Shown: in pieces, positions 1 to 8,644 of the stretch
Numbering within the stretch: position 1 is the stretch's first letter
Layout: every line of letters begins with the position of its first letter
Source: a virus
Taxonomy: Duplodnaviria; Caudoviricetes
Strand: one strand, 5' to 3'
IMG/VR virus record: IMGVR_UViG_3300050330_000111
Span: 1 to 43,919 of that record
Length of the DNA stretch: 43,919 nt
Made by a program: the position numbers and the translations under genes
Notes under the pieces: model-generated
Seen by the model: the letters and a program-made list of their open reading frames with translations, nothing else
Databases searched by the model: none
What the model was told of the DNA's origin: nothing

Positions 1-258
1 TCAGTCCTTGGCTGCCTTCTCGAAGGTCAGCGAATAGACCTCGCCGACCTCAAACTGCTCGACGGCGGCGGGGTTGGTAATGGTGATCGAGATTTCACCG
101 CTCGGCGTATATTTCGACCAATCGCCATTCCCTTCCGGGAGACCCCTGAGATAGGTCCCGAACGCAGCAGCCAATTTCACCTCGGCGCAAACGGAATTTG
201 CATCGGGAGTGGCGTGGTGGGTGATCGTCTTCACGTAGAACATTGCTTGGACCGTCAT
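1..258 (-). CDS. Hypothetical phage protein, 85 aa (MTVQAMFYVK...)
   Basis: C-terminal part of ORF 1..630; ATG at 258 with AGGAG RBS; protein-like sequence (WSKYTPSGEISITITNP). Confidence 0.8.
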   Translation of the reverse strand: MTVQAMFYVKTITHHATPDANSVCAEVKLAAAFGTYLRGLPEGNGDWSKYTPSGEISITITNPAAVEQFEVGEVYSLTFEKAAKD

Positions 259-305
259 CGGTCTTCTCCTTTTTGGAATTGCCGGAAACCGTCCGGCGCG
301 GAGGA

Positions 306-383
306 TCAATCGCGGATGGCGATGAGGATCATGATGGTGACGAAGACCACTCCGCCCGCGATGGCACCGTAGTGCCACGTCAT
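306..383 (-). CDS. 25-aa single-TM microprotein MTWHYGAIAGGVVFVTIMILIAIRD
   Basis: Translated by hand; ATG overlaps the upstream stop (ATGA); hydrophobic core; below the ORF-track cutoff. Confidence 0.55.
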   Translation of the reverse strand: MTWHYGAIAGGVVFVTIMILIAIRD

Positions 384-1033
384 TGCGGCGGGGCGGTCGC
401 GTAGTGCGCGCGCGTCGCCCGGGCATATCGATGCCCGGTTCTCGTCCGGGCGTGTCGGTGGCCGCTGTGACGAAAGGCAAGGCCCATCTCACGGCCGCCG
501 TCGGGATCGTAGCTGATGTGGATGTGGCGCATCCGCCCCGCGTCGGTCGAATAGCCGCCAGCCCAACCGCGGAGCTGTGCGTAGATGCAGCTATATGGCC
601 CCTGCACGTCCACGGCCTTGCCGCTGGCATGCAGGCTCATCCGCCGCGTACCGGCGATGTAGGTGCGCCGGACCGCCGAGACGGCAACCGTCCCCGGGCA
701 CGCCGCCTGGATCGACGCCAGTTTGGCGGTGAGCTGCGGCACCAAGCCGGCGAGACTGACGCCGCGGCGCGGCGCCCGAACGAGGTCAGCGCCGCTCCAC
801 CCCGACGCGGCAGCTTCGCCAGGCCGGTAGCGCGGGATCGCCACGCCGAAACCAGACGCCGCGGCGCGGCGCCCGAACGCCGACGGCGCCACGCCCTCGC
901 AGGGGAAGACGATGTTGCAGTCCGGATGGGCTGCATAGGTCCGGCTCTTCGCTGCCTCGGCCGAGGTCGCAAACACGGCGAACGACAGCGTACAAAGCGC
1001 TGCCGCCGCCGCGATCATGATCGATCGCTTCAT
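380..1033 (-). CDS. Secreted peptidase M15-like zinc peptidoglycan peptidase
   Basis: N-terminal signal peptide (MKRS...SAEA); SLHASGKAVD (SxHxxGxAxD) and HIH zinc motifs; GGAG RBS. Confidence 0.8.
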   Translation of the reverse strand: MKRSIMIAAAAALCTLSFAVFATSAEAAKSRTYAAHPDCNIVFPCEGVAPSAFGRRAAASGFGVAIPRYRPGEAAASGWSGADLVRAPRRGVSLAGLVPQLTAKLASIQAACPGTVAVSAVRRTYIAGTRRMSLHASGKAVDVQGPYSCIYAQLRGWAGGYSTDAGRMRHIHISYDPDGGREMGLAFRHSGHRHARTRTGHRYARATRAHYATAPPQ

Positions 1034-1062
1034 TCGGTCGTTCTCCAGTGGTGATGGGAGGG

Positions 1063-1545
1063 TTAGCGACCGCGCTTCAGGTCGCGGTTTTCGTTGCGCA
1101 GCTCGCGCAGCTCGTCGCGCATCTCTTCGTAGGCGCGGCGCTGCAATGTCTCGACCGCGTTTTCGATCTGAAGGAACCGGCGGTTGGAAACCTCGGCGCG
1201 ATAGTTGATTTCCTCGCGTGGAACGATCTGCTCCTTGAGGTGCTTGGTGTCAGACTGCAGCGGAGACAGCGCTTGAGAACCAAACACGCCCAACACCGCG
1301 ACGATGAAGCCCGCGCCCGATATCAGCACCGCCCATGGGGTGCGCTGGCGCTCGCTCAACTGGCTCGTGATGGCCGAGAACGACGCGCGGAATTCCGTTG
1401 CAAGGCCCGATATGGCCTTGTCGATCTTGGTGTCGAGGCCAAGCAGGCGATCGCCGAACTCTCGAATGTCACCCTCGAGCGCTCCGACCCGGACGCTTAG
1501 GGCCGTGATGTCGCTGTTCGGAGCTTCTGGATTTTGCTGCGTCAT
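1063..1545 (-). CDS. Single-TM coiled-coil membrane protein in lysis block (holin candidate)
   Basis: Hydrophobic WAVLISGAGFIVAVLGVFG flanked by coiled coils; ATGA-coupled to o-spanin; function inferred from position only. Confidence 0.65.
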   Translation of the reverse strand: MTQQNPEAPNSDITALSVRVGALEGDIREFGDRLLGLDTKIDKAISGLATEFRASFSAITSQLSERQRTPWAVLISGAGFIVAVLGVFGSQALSPLQSDTKHLKEQIVPREEINYRAEVSNRRFLQIENAVETLQRRAYEEMRDELRELRNENRDLKRGR

Positions 1546-1880
1546 TTCTGGACTTCCAACTCCTGCTCGACGCAGAGCGTCGCGTCGAACTCCTGACCGT
1601 GAGGCTCGCCGCGATATTCAGCAGCGACGGCGTCGTACCAGTCAGCGCCGCATCGGATCCTCGCGTTGGCGTTCTTCAGCGCGCCGCGCGTCTTGGCGAG
1701 CGCGGCGCGGGCATCAGTGCCGATCGCGACGGCCGGCACCGGCACCGGGCTTAGGAAGGCGGGCCGCGGCGGGAGGCTTCGCTGCTGTTGGACCATTGCG
1801 GCCTGCTGCGCGCAGCCCGCGAAGATCAGCGTCGGTAAGCAGGCAAGCAGGCGCAGCGCGTGTCTTGAGCTCTTCGACAT
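1542..1880 (-). CDS. o-spanin (Rz1-like lipoprotein), 112 aa
   Basis: ATG 1880: MSKSSRHALRLLACLPTLIFAG-C lipobox, Pro-rich mature region, overlaps 3' end of i-spanin in another frame. Confidence 0.8.
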   Translation of the reverse strand: MSKSSRHALRLLACLPTLIFAGCAQQAAMVQQQRSLPPRPAFLSPVPVPAVAIGTDARAALAKTRGALKNANARIRCGADWYDAVAAEYRGEPHGQEFDATLCVEQELEVQK

Positions 1881-2199
1881 ATTCGGCAACCCCCTCCATC
1901 TCGATCTGCGACTGTGCCTCGATCGCCCGGGCGCGAAGCGCGGCATCGGCCGCGGCGGTCCGGGCCGCCGCCAGATCGGCGTTCGCGGCGTCAAGCTTCG
2001 ATTGCAGCGCGCGCGCCTGCCATTTTGCCTCGGTCTTCTCGACGCCATGGCGGTACGCGGTGAACGCGATGTACGAGATGCCACCAGCGATCGCTGCCAC
2101 CGTGACGGCGGCTGCGATGGCGCCTGCCGCGAAATCCGACAGCCGGACGCCAAACAGGCCGGCGACAAAAAGCACGGCGCGAAAAGCTAGAGCGGTCAT
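1714..2199 (-). CDS. i-spanin (Rz-like), 161 aa
   Basis: ATG 2199 overlaps endolysin stop; N-terminal TM, Ala-rich coiled coil, C-terminal Cys. Confidence 0.8.
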   Translation of the reverse strand: MTALAFRAVLFVAGLFGVRLSDFAAGAIAAAVTVAAIAGGISYIAFTAYRHGVEKTEAKWQARALQSKLDAANADLAAARTAAADAALRARAIEAQSQIEMEGVAEYVEELKTRAAPACLLTDADLRGLRAAGRNGPTAAKPPAAARLPKPGAGAGRRDRH

Positions 2200-3470
2200 G
2201 TGTTCTTCCCCTTCCGGAAATCGAACACGCGGCGGCTTTCGACACGTTGCGCGATTGCCCAAATCACCAGACCAAACACGGCGACGACAATCGAAGCCAC
2301 GATCAGCGCGATGATGAGCGCGATGGCCTCGCGGCTAAGCCCGAGACCGTCCACCGCATCGCGGAAACCCGTGACCGTCGACAATCGGTCGGTTGCCCAA
2401 GCCATGCCTCCAAACAACCCGCCGGCGCCGCCGGCACCAAATGTCCGTCCGGCCCAACGCTTGATCCGATCCGTCATCGCGATCGTTTCCGACCCTTCGT
2501 CGCGAAGATCGTCGGCGGTTGCGGTCGCCCGCTCCTCGCCGATGTGCCGGTGATCGGCGACCAGCAGCGCATTGAGCAAGTCGTCATCGACCGTAGGCGT
2601 CAGCGGCAGGCCATTCTCGTTCCGGAATGCAAGGATCGCGGCCTCGGTGCGCCCTTTCGGCACAAGCTCGCCGTCGATCTTGCCGACGTCGTAGTAGCCA
2701 AGCTCCCTCAATCGGCGTTGCACCAGCATAACGGTCTGCATATCGGCGCCGTGCTGATCTTCGATCAGTTCCGCCCCGCGCTCCTCTTCGCGTGCAGAGC
2801 GGCCGGCGCTATCGTCATCCTCCGTAGCCGGCAGGAAGCCATGTCGCGCCGCGGCGAGACCACGCTCGAACAATGCGGCTTCACGATCGCGGCGGCTGCG
2901 CAGGCCGGATGTCGGCGCCCACAGACGCTTCATCTCGCGGATGAGCGCCGGGACTTTCGTCAGATCGCCGGACGCCATACAGGCCTTGATAGCCCGCATC
3001 TCGACATAGCGGTCGCCAGGCAGGTCGAAGCTGCCACCCCTATTGAAGACCAGCGAGGCCAGCGCGCCTTTGCAGTCGGGCGATAATTCATCGAAGCCGG
3101 GCAGCTTCCTGCGCGCCAGCGCGACATAGCGGGGCAGGCTCGCGTTGCTGAACACGTCGAGGGCCACGTCCCAAGGCACGTCGACCACACCGCGCAGGCG
3201 GCGCGCCAACGGAGCGGCAGCAGATCCGGTCACGCCGCAGCACTTCTCCAGCGCGCGGATCATACCGTCAGGGATTTTCCCCTTCCAGTCATTCCAGAGC
3301 TGCGTCTTGGTGTTCTGGCCGACGTCGTAGCCGATGCCGATCGTCACACCGGAGTTCACGCCCGGCCACTCAGGGGCGCGATAGCGCTTGTTGTAGACCT
3401 GTTGTGACGTGACTTCTTCGCTGACGATCAGATCGAAGGCAGCGCGCGAGATGCCGTGCAGGTTCAGCAT
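2196..3470 (-). CDS. Endolysin: lysozyme-fold (GH24/pesticin-like) muramidase + peptidoglycan-binding domain + C-terminal TM region
   Basis: SGVTIGIGYDVG and GLRSRRDREAALF motifs; VQRRLRELGY...DG...TEAAILAFRNENGL PG-binding motif; hydrophobic AIALIIALIVASIVVAVFGLVIWAI. Confidence 0.85.
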   Translation of the reverse strand: MLNLHGISRAAFDLIVSEEVTSQQVYNKRYRAPEWPGVNSGVTIGIGYDVGQNTKTQLWNDWKGKIPDGMIRALEKCCGVTGSAAAPLARRLRGVVDVPWDVALDVFSNASLPRYVALARRKLPGFDELSPDCKGALASLVFNRGGSFDLPGDRYVEMRAIKACMASGDLTKVPALIREMKRLWAPTSGLRSRRDREAALFERGLAAARHGFLPATEDDDSAGRSAREEERGAELIEDQHGADMQTVMLVQRRLRELGYYDVGKIDGELVPKGRTEAAILAFRNENGLPLTPTVDDDLLNALLVADHRHIGEERATATADDLRDEGSETIAMTDRIKRWAGRTFGAGGAGGLFGGMAWATDRLSTVTGFRDAVDGLGLSREAIALIIALIVASIVVAVFGLVIWAIAQRVESRRVFDFRKGKNT

Positions 3471-3480
3471 GCCATTCCCC

Positions 3481-3511
3481 AAACTAAAACGGCCGCCTCA
3501 AGGGCGGCCGT
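3481..3511 (-). terminator. Intrinsic terminator between gpD and endolysin
   Basis: Minus strand ACGGCCGCC-CTTGA-GGCGGCCGT followed by TTTAGTTT. Confidence 0.75.
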
Positions 3512-3529
3512 GCTTTCGATTTTCGGTGG

Positions 3530-4567
3530 TCATTCGCGACTGTCGGTGCCAGCGTCGCCTTCCGGCCGCTTCAGCTCGAGCCTCGTCTCATAACCGCTGC
3601 CGCGGTCGAGCGAGTGCTCGACGCCGTCAATTGTGTAAACGCCGTCGGCGCCTGGTCGGGTGCCGATCACTGTGCACGTTCCCTCTGGCTGCGCCGCGGG
3701 GTCCCCAATGATCGTGACCGTACCGCCGCCACGCTCGCGCTCAGACGAAAGCTTGTTGTCTTTCGCGGCACTGTCCGCCTCGCCTTCGTCCGCGCGCACC
3801 ACGCGATGCGTGTGCTGCGCGTCGGATGATGGACCGCGCTGATCGATCTGAACCCGCCGCTCCTTCCACTTCGCCTCCTTGCGGTCGAAGTATCGCGCGC
3901 GCGCCTCAATGTAGCGCGGCCTGGCGAACATCGGAGAAATGTCCCATTCCTTGAGGTTGTCACCCCATCGCGCCGTGACGCCGGCGAGAGCGGCGCCCGA
4001 GACTGACATGCCCGAGTTCTTTTCGTAGATGATCCCGGTTTTGCCCTTCATTTTGAACTCGCCGCCCACCTCTCGCGCGACGCGCTGGCCGAGGTGGATG
4101 AAGCTTTCCGTCGCCGCCGCCCAATAATCTCGGTGGATACCACCGATCCCGCCCTGCGCGCGGAACGAGAGGCCCGCCTTTCCCGCTGCCTCGCTCATGA
4201 AGTCGGTCAGGGTGGCATCGTCCTTGTGGAATTCTAGCGGCTCCTTCGCCTTGCCCTTCGGATCGAACCCCTTGGCGGTGATCGTAATGGTGCGGCCGCC
4301 ACCGCGCGAGCCATTGGAGCGCACCGTGTCGACCGTGCCGTCGAAGACCAGTAAAACTCCAGTCCTGCGCCATCCAAGCATGATCTGCATCGGATCGCCG
4401 ATCGACGGCATCAGCACTTGCCCATCGCTATCGTCTAGGACGAGCGACGCCGTGTCGGACGTGGTGCCGGACTTATCATGCACCGTGAGGCTTTGCAGGA
4501 TCTGGCTGAACCTCTCCGTGACGACGTTGCCGCCGACGATGATGATGAAAACCGCCTGATCTGCCAC
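3530..4567 (-). CDS. P2 gpD-like late control/baseplate hub protein
   Basis: 345 aa; DKSGTTSDTASLVLDD, FDGTVDTV, ESFIHLGQRVAR, VEHSLDRGSGYET; follows U and X. Confidence 0.9.
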   Translation of the reverse strand: MADQAVFIIIVGGNVVTERFSQILQSLTVHDKSGTTSDTASLVLDDSDGQVLMPSIGDPMQIMLGWRRTGVLLVFDGTVDTVRSNGSRGGGRTITITAKGFDPKGKAKEPLEFHKDDATLTDFMSEAAGKAGLSFRAQGGIGGIHRDYWAAATESFIHLGQRVAREVGGEFKMKGKTGIIYEKNSGMSVSGAALAGVTARWGDNLKEWDISPMFARPRYIEARARYFDRKEAKWKERRVQIDQRGPSSDAQHTHRVVRADEGEADSAAKDNKLSSERERGGGTVTIIGDPAAQPEGTCTVIGTRPGADGVYTIDGVEHSLDRGSGYETRLELKRPEGDAGTDSRE

Positions 4568-4571
4568 GGCG

Positions 4572-4796
4572 TCAATCCCAGAGCTTCACCACGCGGAGTT
4601 CTGGCACGCTCGCCGGAACATCGATCGGAATGGAGACGACGGTGCCCGAGGGTAACAGGGCGCCTTTTTCGGAGAGGCCAGGGTTCAGGTCGAGCACCCG
4701 CTCGACCAGGCCAGGCATCGGACGCCGAAAGCGGCGCCAGATCATCAGGCTGAGGCGCATGTCATCGCCTTCGATGACATAGGTCTCGATGTTCAT
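4572..4796 (-). CDS. P2 gpX-like tail protein (LysM-like)
   Basis: 74 aa; VERVLDLNPGL...LLPSGTVVSIP...VKLWD signature. Confidence 0.9.
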   Translation of the reverse strand: MNIETYVIEGDDMRLSLMIWRRFRRPMPGLVERVLDLNPGLSEKGALLPSGTVVSIPIDVPASVPELRVVKLWD

Positions 4797-4801
4797 CTGC
4801 G

Positions 4802-5233
4802 TTATCCGAAGAGCGACAGCAGCGCGTTGAACACACCAGCAGCGCTCGGCTGCTCAGAGCGCTTCAGCGTAACCTCGAATTCGATCACCTTGCCGACGCC
4901 GTCGGGCCCGATGTATGTCGCCTTCTCTGTCACGCGCTCGATGACAACCCAACCGAGGGGCTTGCCGTTGCCCAACATGAAGAACTGCGGGACGCCGCTA
5001 CGTCGGATGCCGTGCAACGCTTCCAGCGTATCGAGCCCGCCAAATCTTTGCGGGAACAACTTGCCGCGGATCGACCAGCTTTCGGCAGCCTCGCCGACGA
5101 ATTCAAGCGGCGGCATACGTCCGAGAACTTCATGCGAGGCAAAGGATGCGCCGGCATCGTGATCGCCCTCGTGGAAATTGAACGGCATGACTTCGAACTG
5201 GATGCTTCCAAGTTGAGCAAGCATGACCGTCAC
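4802..5233 (-). CDS. P2 gpU-like tail tube initiator
   Basis: MLAQLGSIQFEV, P-LEFVGE, G-WVIERV, IEFEVTLKR; GTGA-coupled to tape measure. Confidence 0.9.
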   Translation of the reverse strand: MTVMLAQLGSIQFEVMPFNFHEGDHDAGASFASHEVLGRMPPLEFVGEAAESWSIRGKLFPQRFGGLDTLEALHGIRRSGVPQFFMLGNGKPLGWVVIERVTEKATYIGPDGVGKVIEFEVTLKRSEQPSAAGVFNALLSLFG

Positions 5234-7524
5234 GCCGTGTTGAAGCCGTAGTCAGCGAACATCGCGTGCTGCTTCGCAGAGATACCTTCGAGCGATCCGG
5301 ACTTCTGCGCCGGCGGCTCGGTGACCTTCGGCGTGATCGACGGGCTGACGCTGAAGCCGAGCTTGCCGATCCATCGCTGCACGGCAGCGTCGATCAGACG
5401 ATCGACGCCTTGCAGTGCTTCGTTGACAGCATCGCGATATGCTTCGCCGGTCCGCTGGCCGGCGCTGGCCGCCTGCGAAGACACGTCGAGATGTGCAACC
5501 GGGTCGGCACCGCTGGACCACACGTCTCCACCGCCGCGGATCAGGTCTATTCCGAGCCGCTGACGATCGGCATTGAAAGCGCGCCTATAGACGTCGTTCA
5601 TCGTGCCGCCGCGGTACTTGTTCAGACGCTCGCCGCTCGTGGTGCCGTGATCATCGGCTGTTGCAGACCGCAATACAAAGGGCGCTGCCGCTGCCGCAAC
5701 CCATGGCGAAACCGCAGCGAGCCGCGAGAGGGCGGCTGCGGTAGCCCCCGGCGCGATCACGCCGAACATCTCTGCGGTCTTTCCAGCGGCGGTGCCGGCT
5801 CCCAAGAGGCCGGCCGTCCCGGCTGCGATCGTCCCGGCCTGAAGCACACCGGCCGGCGCGTTCGACACCTTGTCCATGGTGTTGCCGATCGCATCCATGG
5901 TCGGCTTGAGCCATTTGGCATTCGCCTCACCGATGGAGAGCGTGAGATTTTCCACGGCACCTTTCAGCCGCTCGAACGATCCGCCAAGGCCACCCATAAT
6001 CTCATCGGCTTTTCGCTTCGCAAATTCCGGATCGCCGGCGACGCCCGAAAGCTCCTTCTTGTTCGCGCCGAACTCGTTCCACTTCGAGGCTAGGATCGAG
6101 CCCTTACCGCCATGCTTGTCGGTGAACATCGCGTTCAGAAGCGCGATGGTCATCTTCGGGTTCTTCATGATTTCATCGAGCAAGCCCTCGGCGTCTACAC
6201 TCTCCACGGAGAGCCGGTAGAAGTCACCGACGGCTTTCGCGATCTTCTGCGCGTCCTGCGCGCGGGTCTTGCCGCCCTTGCCCTTGAAGCCTTCGCCCAC
6301 GATCGCCGAAACCCGCTGGATGAAGTCGTCGCGGCGCCCGACGGTCTCGCTGTCCTCGAGGAGATCGGTCAGGCGCTCCTTCTGATCGGCGCTGAACCCC
6401 TTGCCGAACCGGCGCTTCATGAAAGCTTCCATGGTCGGAACGCTAAGGCCACCGGGCATCGACGTGAACTTGTTGTAGTCGATGCCGGCCGCGGTGAGCG
6501 CATCCATGCCCTTCGAGGTCGGGGCGACCAGCTTCGAGGACACCGACCGGACGAAGACGCCGAGTTCGTCACCGCGAAGGCCGCCGCGGCGCCCGATGGC
6601 GCCGAGCGCAGCAAGCGTGGTGTCGGACAGCCCGGCTGCCGTGCCCGTCGCCGCGCCGAACTTCATGTATTGCTGAACATCCTCGTCGTTCATGCCACCG
6701 AGCTTGGCCATCTTCACCAGCAGGTTGGTGGCGCGGGTCGCCTCGGCAACCGCCTTCTCCTTCGTGCTGATGTCCTTGTTGGTGGTTTGCAGGAAGGTGC
6801 GGATCGCCTCGGACGAGGTTTCGAGGTCCGCCTCCATCACCAGAGCGTAGTTCTTCACGCTCTCCGTGATCGCCGCGCCCACCTCGGCGCGGAGTTGCGC
6901 CGTGTACTGCGGCGGCAGGCCCTGCATGGCCTTGGTCTGAGCCTTGACCACGTCCAGGTTCGTGAACTGCGTGTCTTGGCCGATGCGCTTGGCCTGCGGC
7001 ACCAGCAGGCGCTCCTGAAGATCCTTCGGAATGTCGACAAACTCGCGCTGCTTGCGAACGCCGATGTCAAACTCCGCAGCCGAGATGACGGCCTTTTTTC
7101 CGAACTCCTTCGCCCGATAGCCGCTCACCATCGTGGCGGCGCCGGTGATCGCGCCGGCAAGACGATTGGGCCGAGCGGCAGCGGCCTGCAGATTTCGATG
7201 CTCTCGCTGCACGCGCCGCAGCGCGCCGATCGTGGCGTTCTCCCACGCTCGCACCTGCGAGGCCTGCGCTCTCGTCCAATCGGACGACTTGGCCGCCAAC
7301 CCCTGCGATGCGGCATAGGTCTTCCACGCCGCCGAAACTTTCTCGATCTCCTTTGCGGACAAGCCGAGCTTGGCGACCTGCTGGCCGAGCCGGTCCGAAA
7401 CGCCGGCCTTGCCGAGCTTCGTCACCTGGTCGGTCGCGCTTTTGAGCGCCTGCGCGACCTTTTTGGCCTTGCCGCTCACATCGTCGCGGAGGCTGACCGT
7501 GAGCGTGGACGTCAGATTACCCAT
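5230..7524 (-). CDS. Tail tape measure protein, 764 aa
   Basis: Long Ala/Gly/Lys-rich helical ORF after chaperone and before gpU; AKRIGQDTQF, GLRGDELG motifs. Confidence 0.9.
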   Translation of the reverse strand: MGNLTSTLTVSLRDDVSGKAKKVAQALKSATDQVTKLGKAGVSDRLGQQVAKLGLSAKEIEKVSAAWKTYAASQGLAAKSSDWTRAQASQVRAWENATIGALRRVQREHRNLQAAAARPNRLAGAITGAATMVSGYRAKEFGKKAVISAAEFDIGVRKQREFVDIPKDLQERLLVPQAKRIGQDTQFTNLDVVKAQTKAMQGLPPQYTAQLRAEVGAAITESVKNYALVMEADLETSSEAIRTFLQTTNKDISTKEKAVAEATRATNLLVKMAKLGGMNDEDVQQYMKFGAATGTAAGLSDTTLAALGAIGRRGGLRGDELGVFVRSVSSKLVAPTSKGMDALTAAGIDYNKFTSMPGGLSVPTMEAFMKRRFGKGFSADQKERLTDLLEDSETVGRRDDFIQRVSAIVGEGFKGKGGKTRAQDAQKIAKAVGDFYRLSVESVDAEGLLDEIMKNPKMTIALLNAMFTDKHGGKGSILASKWNEFGANKKELSGVAGDPEFAKRKADEIMGGLGGSFERLKGAVENLTLSIGEANAKWLKPTMDAIGNTMDKVSNAPAGVLQAGTIAAGTAGLLGAGTAAGKTAEMFGVIAPGATAAALSRLAAVSPWVAAAAAPFVLRSATADDHGTTSGERLNKYRGGTMNDVYRRAFNADRQRLGIDLIRGGGDVWSSGADPVAHLDVSSQAASAGQRTGEAYRDAVNEALQGVDRLIDAAVQRWIGKLGFSVSPSITPKVTEPPAQKSGSLEGISAKQHAMFADYGFNTA

Positions 7525-7533
7525 AGACCACCC

Positions 7534-7719
7534 TCACCGCCGCGACATGGCTTTCTGAATTTGGTACGCCTCGGCGACTTCGTGCGCGAAGTCGCACCAT
7601 TCCATCGCCATCAGCTCAGCCATCGACCACCCGATCCAGCGCCGCACGAACGCCCGGTACGAGCGCCAGTGCCGAGGATCTATGATCCAGTGTTCGCCCG
7701 AAACCTTCGTGGCAAAAAA
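7534..7719 (-). CDS. gpE'-like -1 frameshift extension of tail assembly chaperone
   Basis: Slippery T TTT TTG at 7719-7713; -1 frame is open to TGA at 7536-7534 and reads ...WIGWSMAELMAMEWCDFAHEVAEA... Confidence 0.8.
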   Translation of the reverse strand, partial: FFATKVSGEHWIIDPRHWRSYRAFVRRWIGWSMAELMAMEWCDFAHEVAEAYQIQKAMSRR

Positions 7720-8036
7720 TCGGCCGAAACCTCCAGAAGCCTGCTCGCATCATCGTCATCCAGCGCATCAAGCACCGCATTGTCGATACGCTCGCCATCG
7801 GCACGGAAGAACATCGGGAAGTGGATGAACTTCGCGTCGGCACCATGCAGGCCTTCCACGAACTCCGATACCTGCTGAACGGTCAGGCGCCGGACTACGA
7901 TGGTCTTCAGTTCGGCACCGTCGACCATCAGCGGCCAGTCCAGATCGACCGATCGGGATCGCTTGTCGCTGTCGACAAACGCGATTTTGGGGCTGCGCGG
8001 CTTTTCGGCTTCCGCCGGCTTCTCGGTTTCTGACAT
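7680..8036 (-). CDS. Tail assembly chaperone (gpE/TAC-like), 118 aa
   Basis: ATG 8036 with GGAGG RBS; LDWPLMVDG...IVVRRLTV...LDALDDDD; lies between tube and tape measure. Confidence 0.85.
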   Translation of the reverse strand: MSETEKPAEAEKPRSPKIAFVDSDKRSRSVDLDWPLMVDGAELKTIVVRRLTVQQVSEFVEGLHGADAKFIHFPMFFRADGERIDNAVLDALDDDDASRLLEVSADFLPRRFRANTGS

Positions 8037-8059
8037 GACTTCCTCCCGTAGCGCGGCGG

Positions 8060-8593
8060 CTAGTTGCCGCCGCCGATCCGCAGAATGTTCCGGACGTCGG
8101 CGTTCTGCGTCACACCATCGACACGCCAATCGGTCGTGAAGAAGTCATAGAAATACTTCTCCTTGCCGTCGAACCAGAGCGTGTAGCGCAGGATTTCCGT
8201 GATCGAATGATCATGGCCTGTCGGATCACCGCGGCGAAGCTCGTCAGTGGCAAGTCGCACGAGCCGGCCCTGCATGACCGACTTGACCTCGATGACGCGG
8301 CCGCCCTGCTTGTCTCGCATCGCGCCATAAAAGGTGTACGGCAAGCCCTGCCGGCTTCCGAGACCGAACTGGCTCATCACCTGTGGGTCATAGCCAGCCA
8401 GTTTGAAGGTGCATTCGAGCTTGCTCAGCCCGAGGCCGCCGATCCCGATTTCGCCGATGGCGCCGCCAGGCAGGTGATCAGCGGTCTTCTCCTCGAGCGT
8501 CGGAAGCTGCAGGCCCTGAATGTTGAGGTGCTTGCTGTTGTCAGGACCATCGTCGCCGACGAACAGGTTGAACGCCTCGTTGATGATGAGCAT
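8060..8593 (-). CDS. Major tail tube protein (P2 FII-like)
   Basis: 177 aa directly after sheath; LQLPTLEEKTADH.PGG, LECTFKLAG, WRVDGV. Confidence 0.9.
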   Translation of the reverse strand: MLIINEAFNLFVGDDGPDNSKHLNIQGLQLPTLEEKTADHLPGGAIGEIGIGGLGLSKLECTFKLAGYDPQVMSQFGLGSRQGLPYTFYGAMRDKQGGRVIEVKSVMQGRLVRLATDELRRGDPTGHDHSITEILRYTLWFDGKEKYFYDFFTTDWRVDGVTQNADVRNILRIGGGN

Positions 8594-8644
8594 CGGTGTT
8601 CTCCCGAAAGGTTTGATTTGCGTTACGGTCGCCGCCGATCGCCC

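Noticed and set aside
5266-7878. Long plus-strand ORFs (275 and 588 aa) opposite the tape measure gene
   Set aside because: Antisense shadows of a high-GC gene; no motifs
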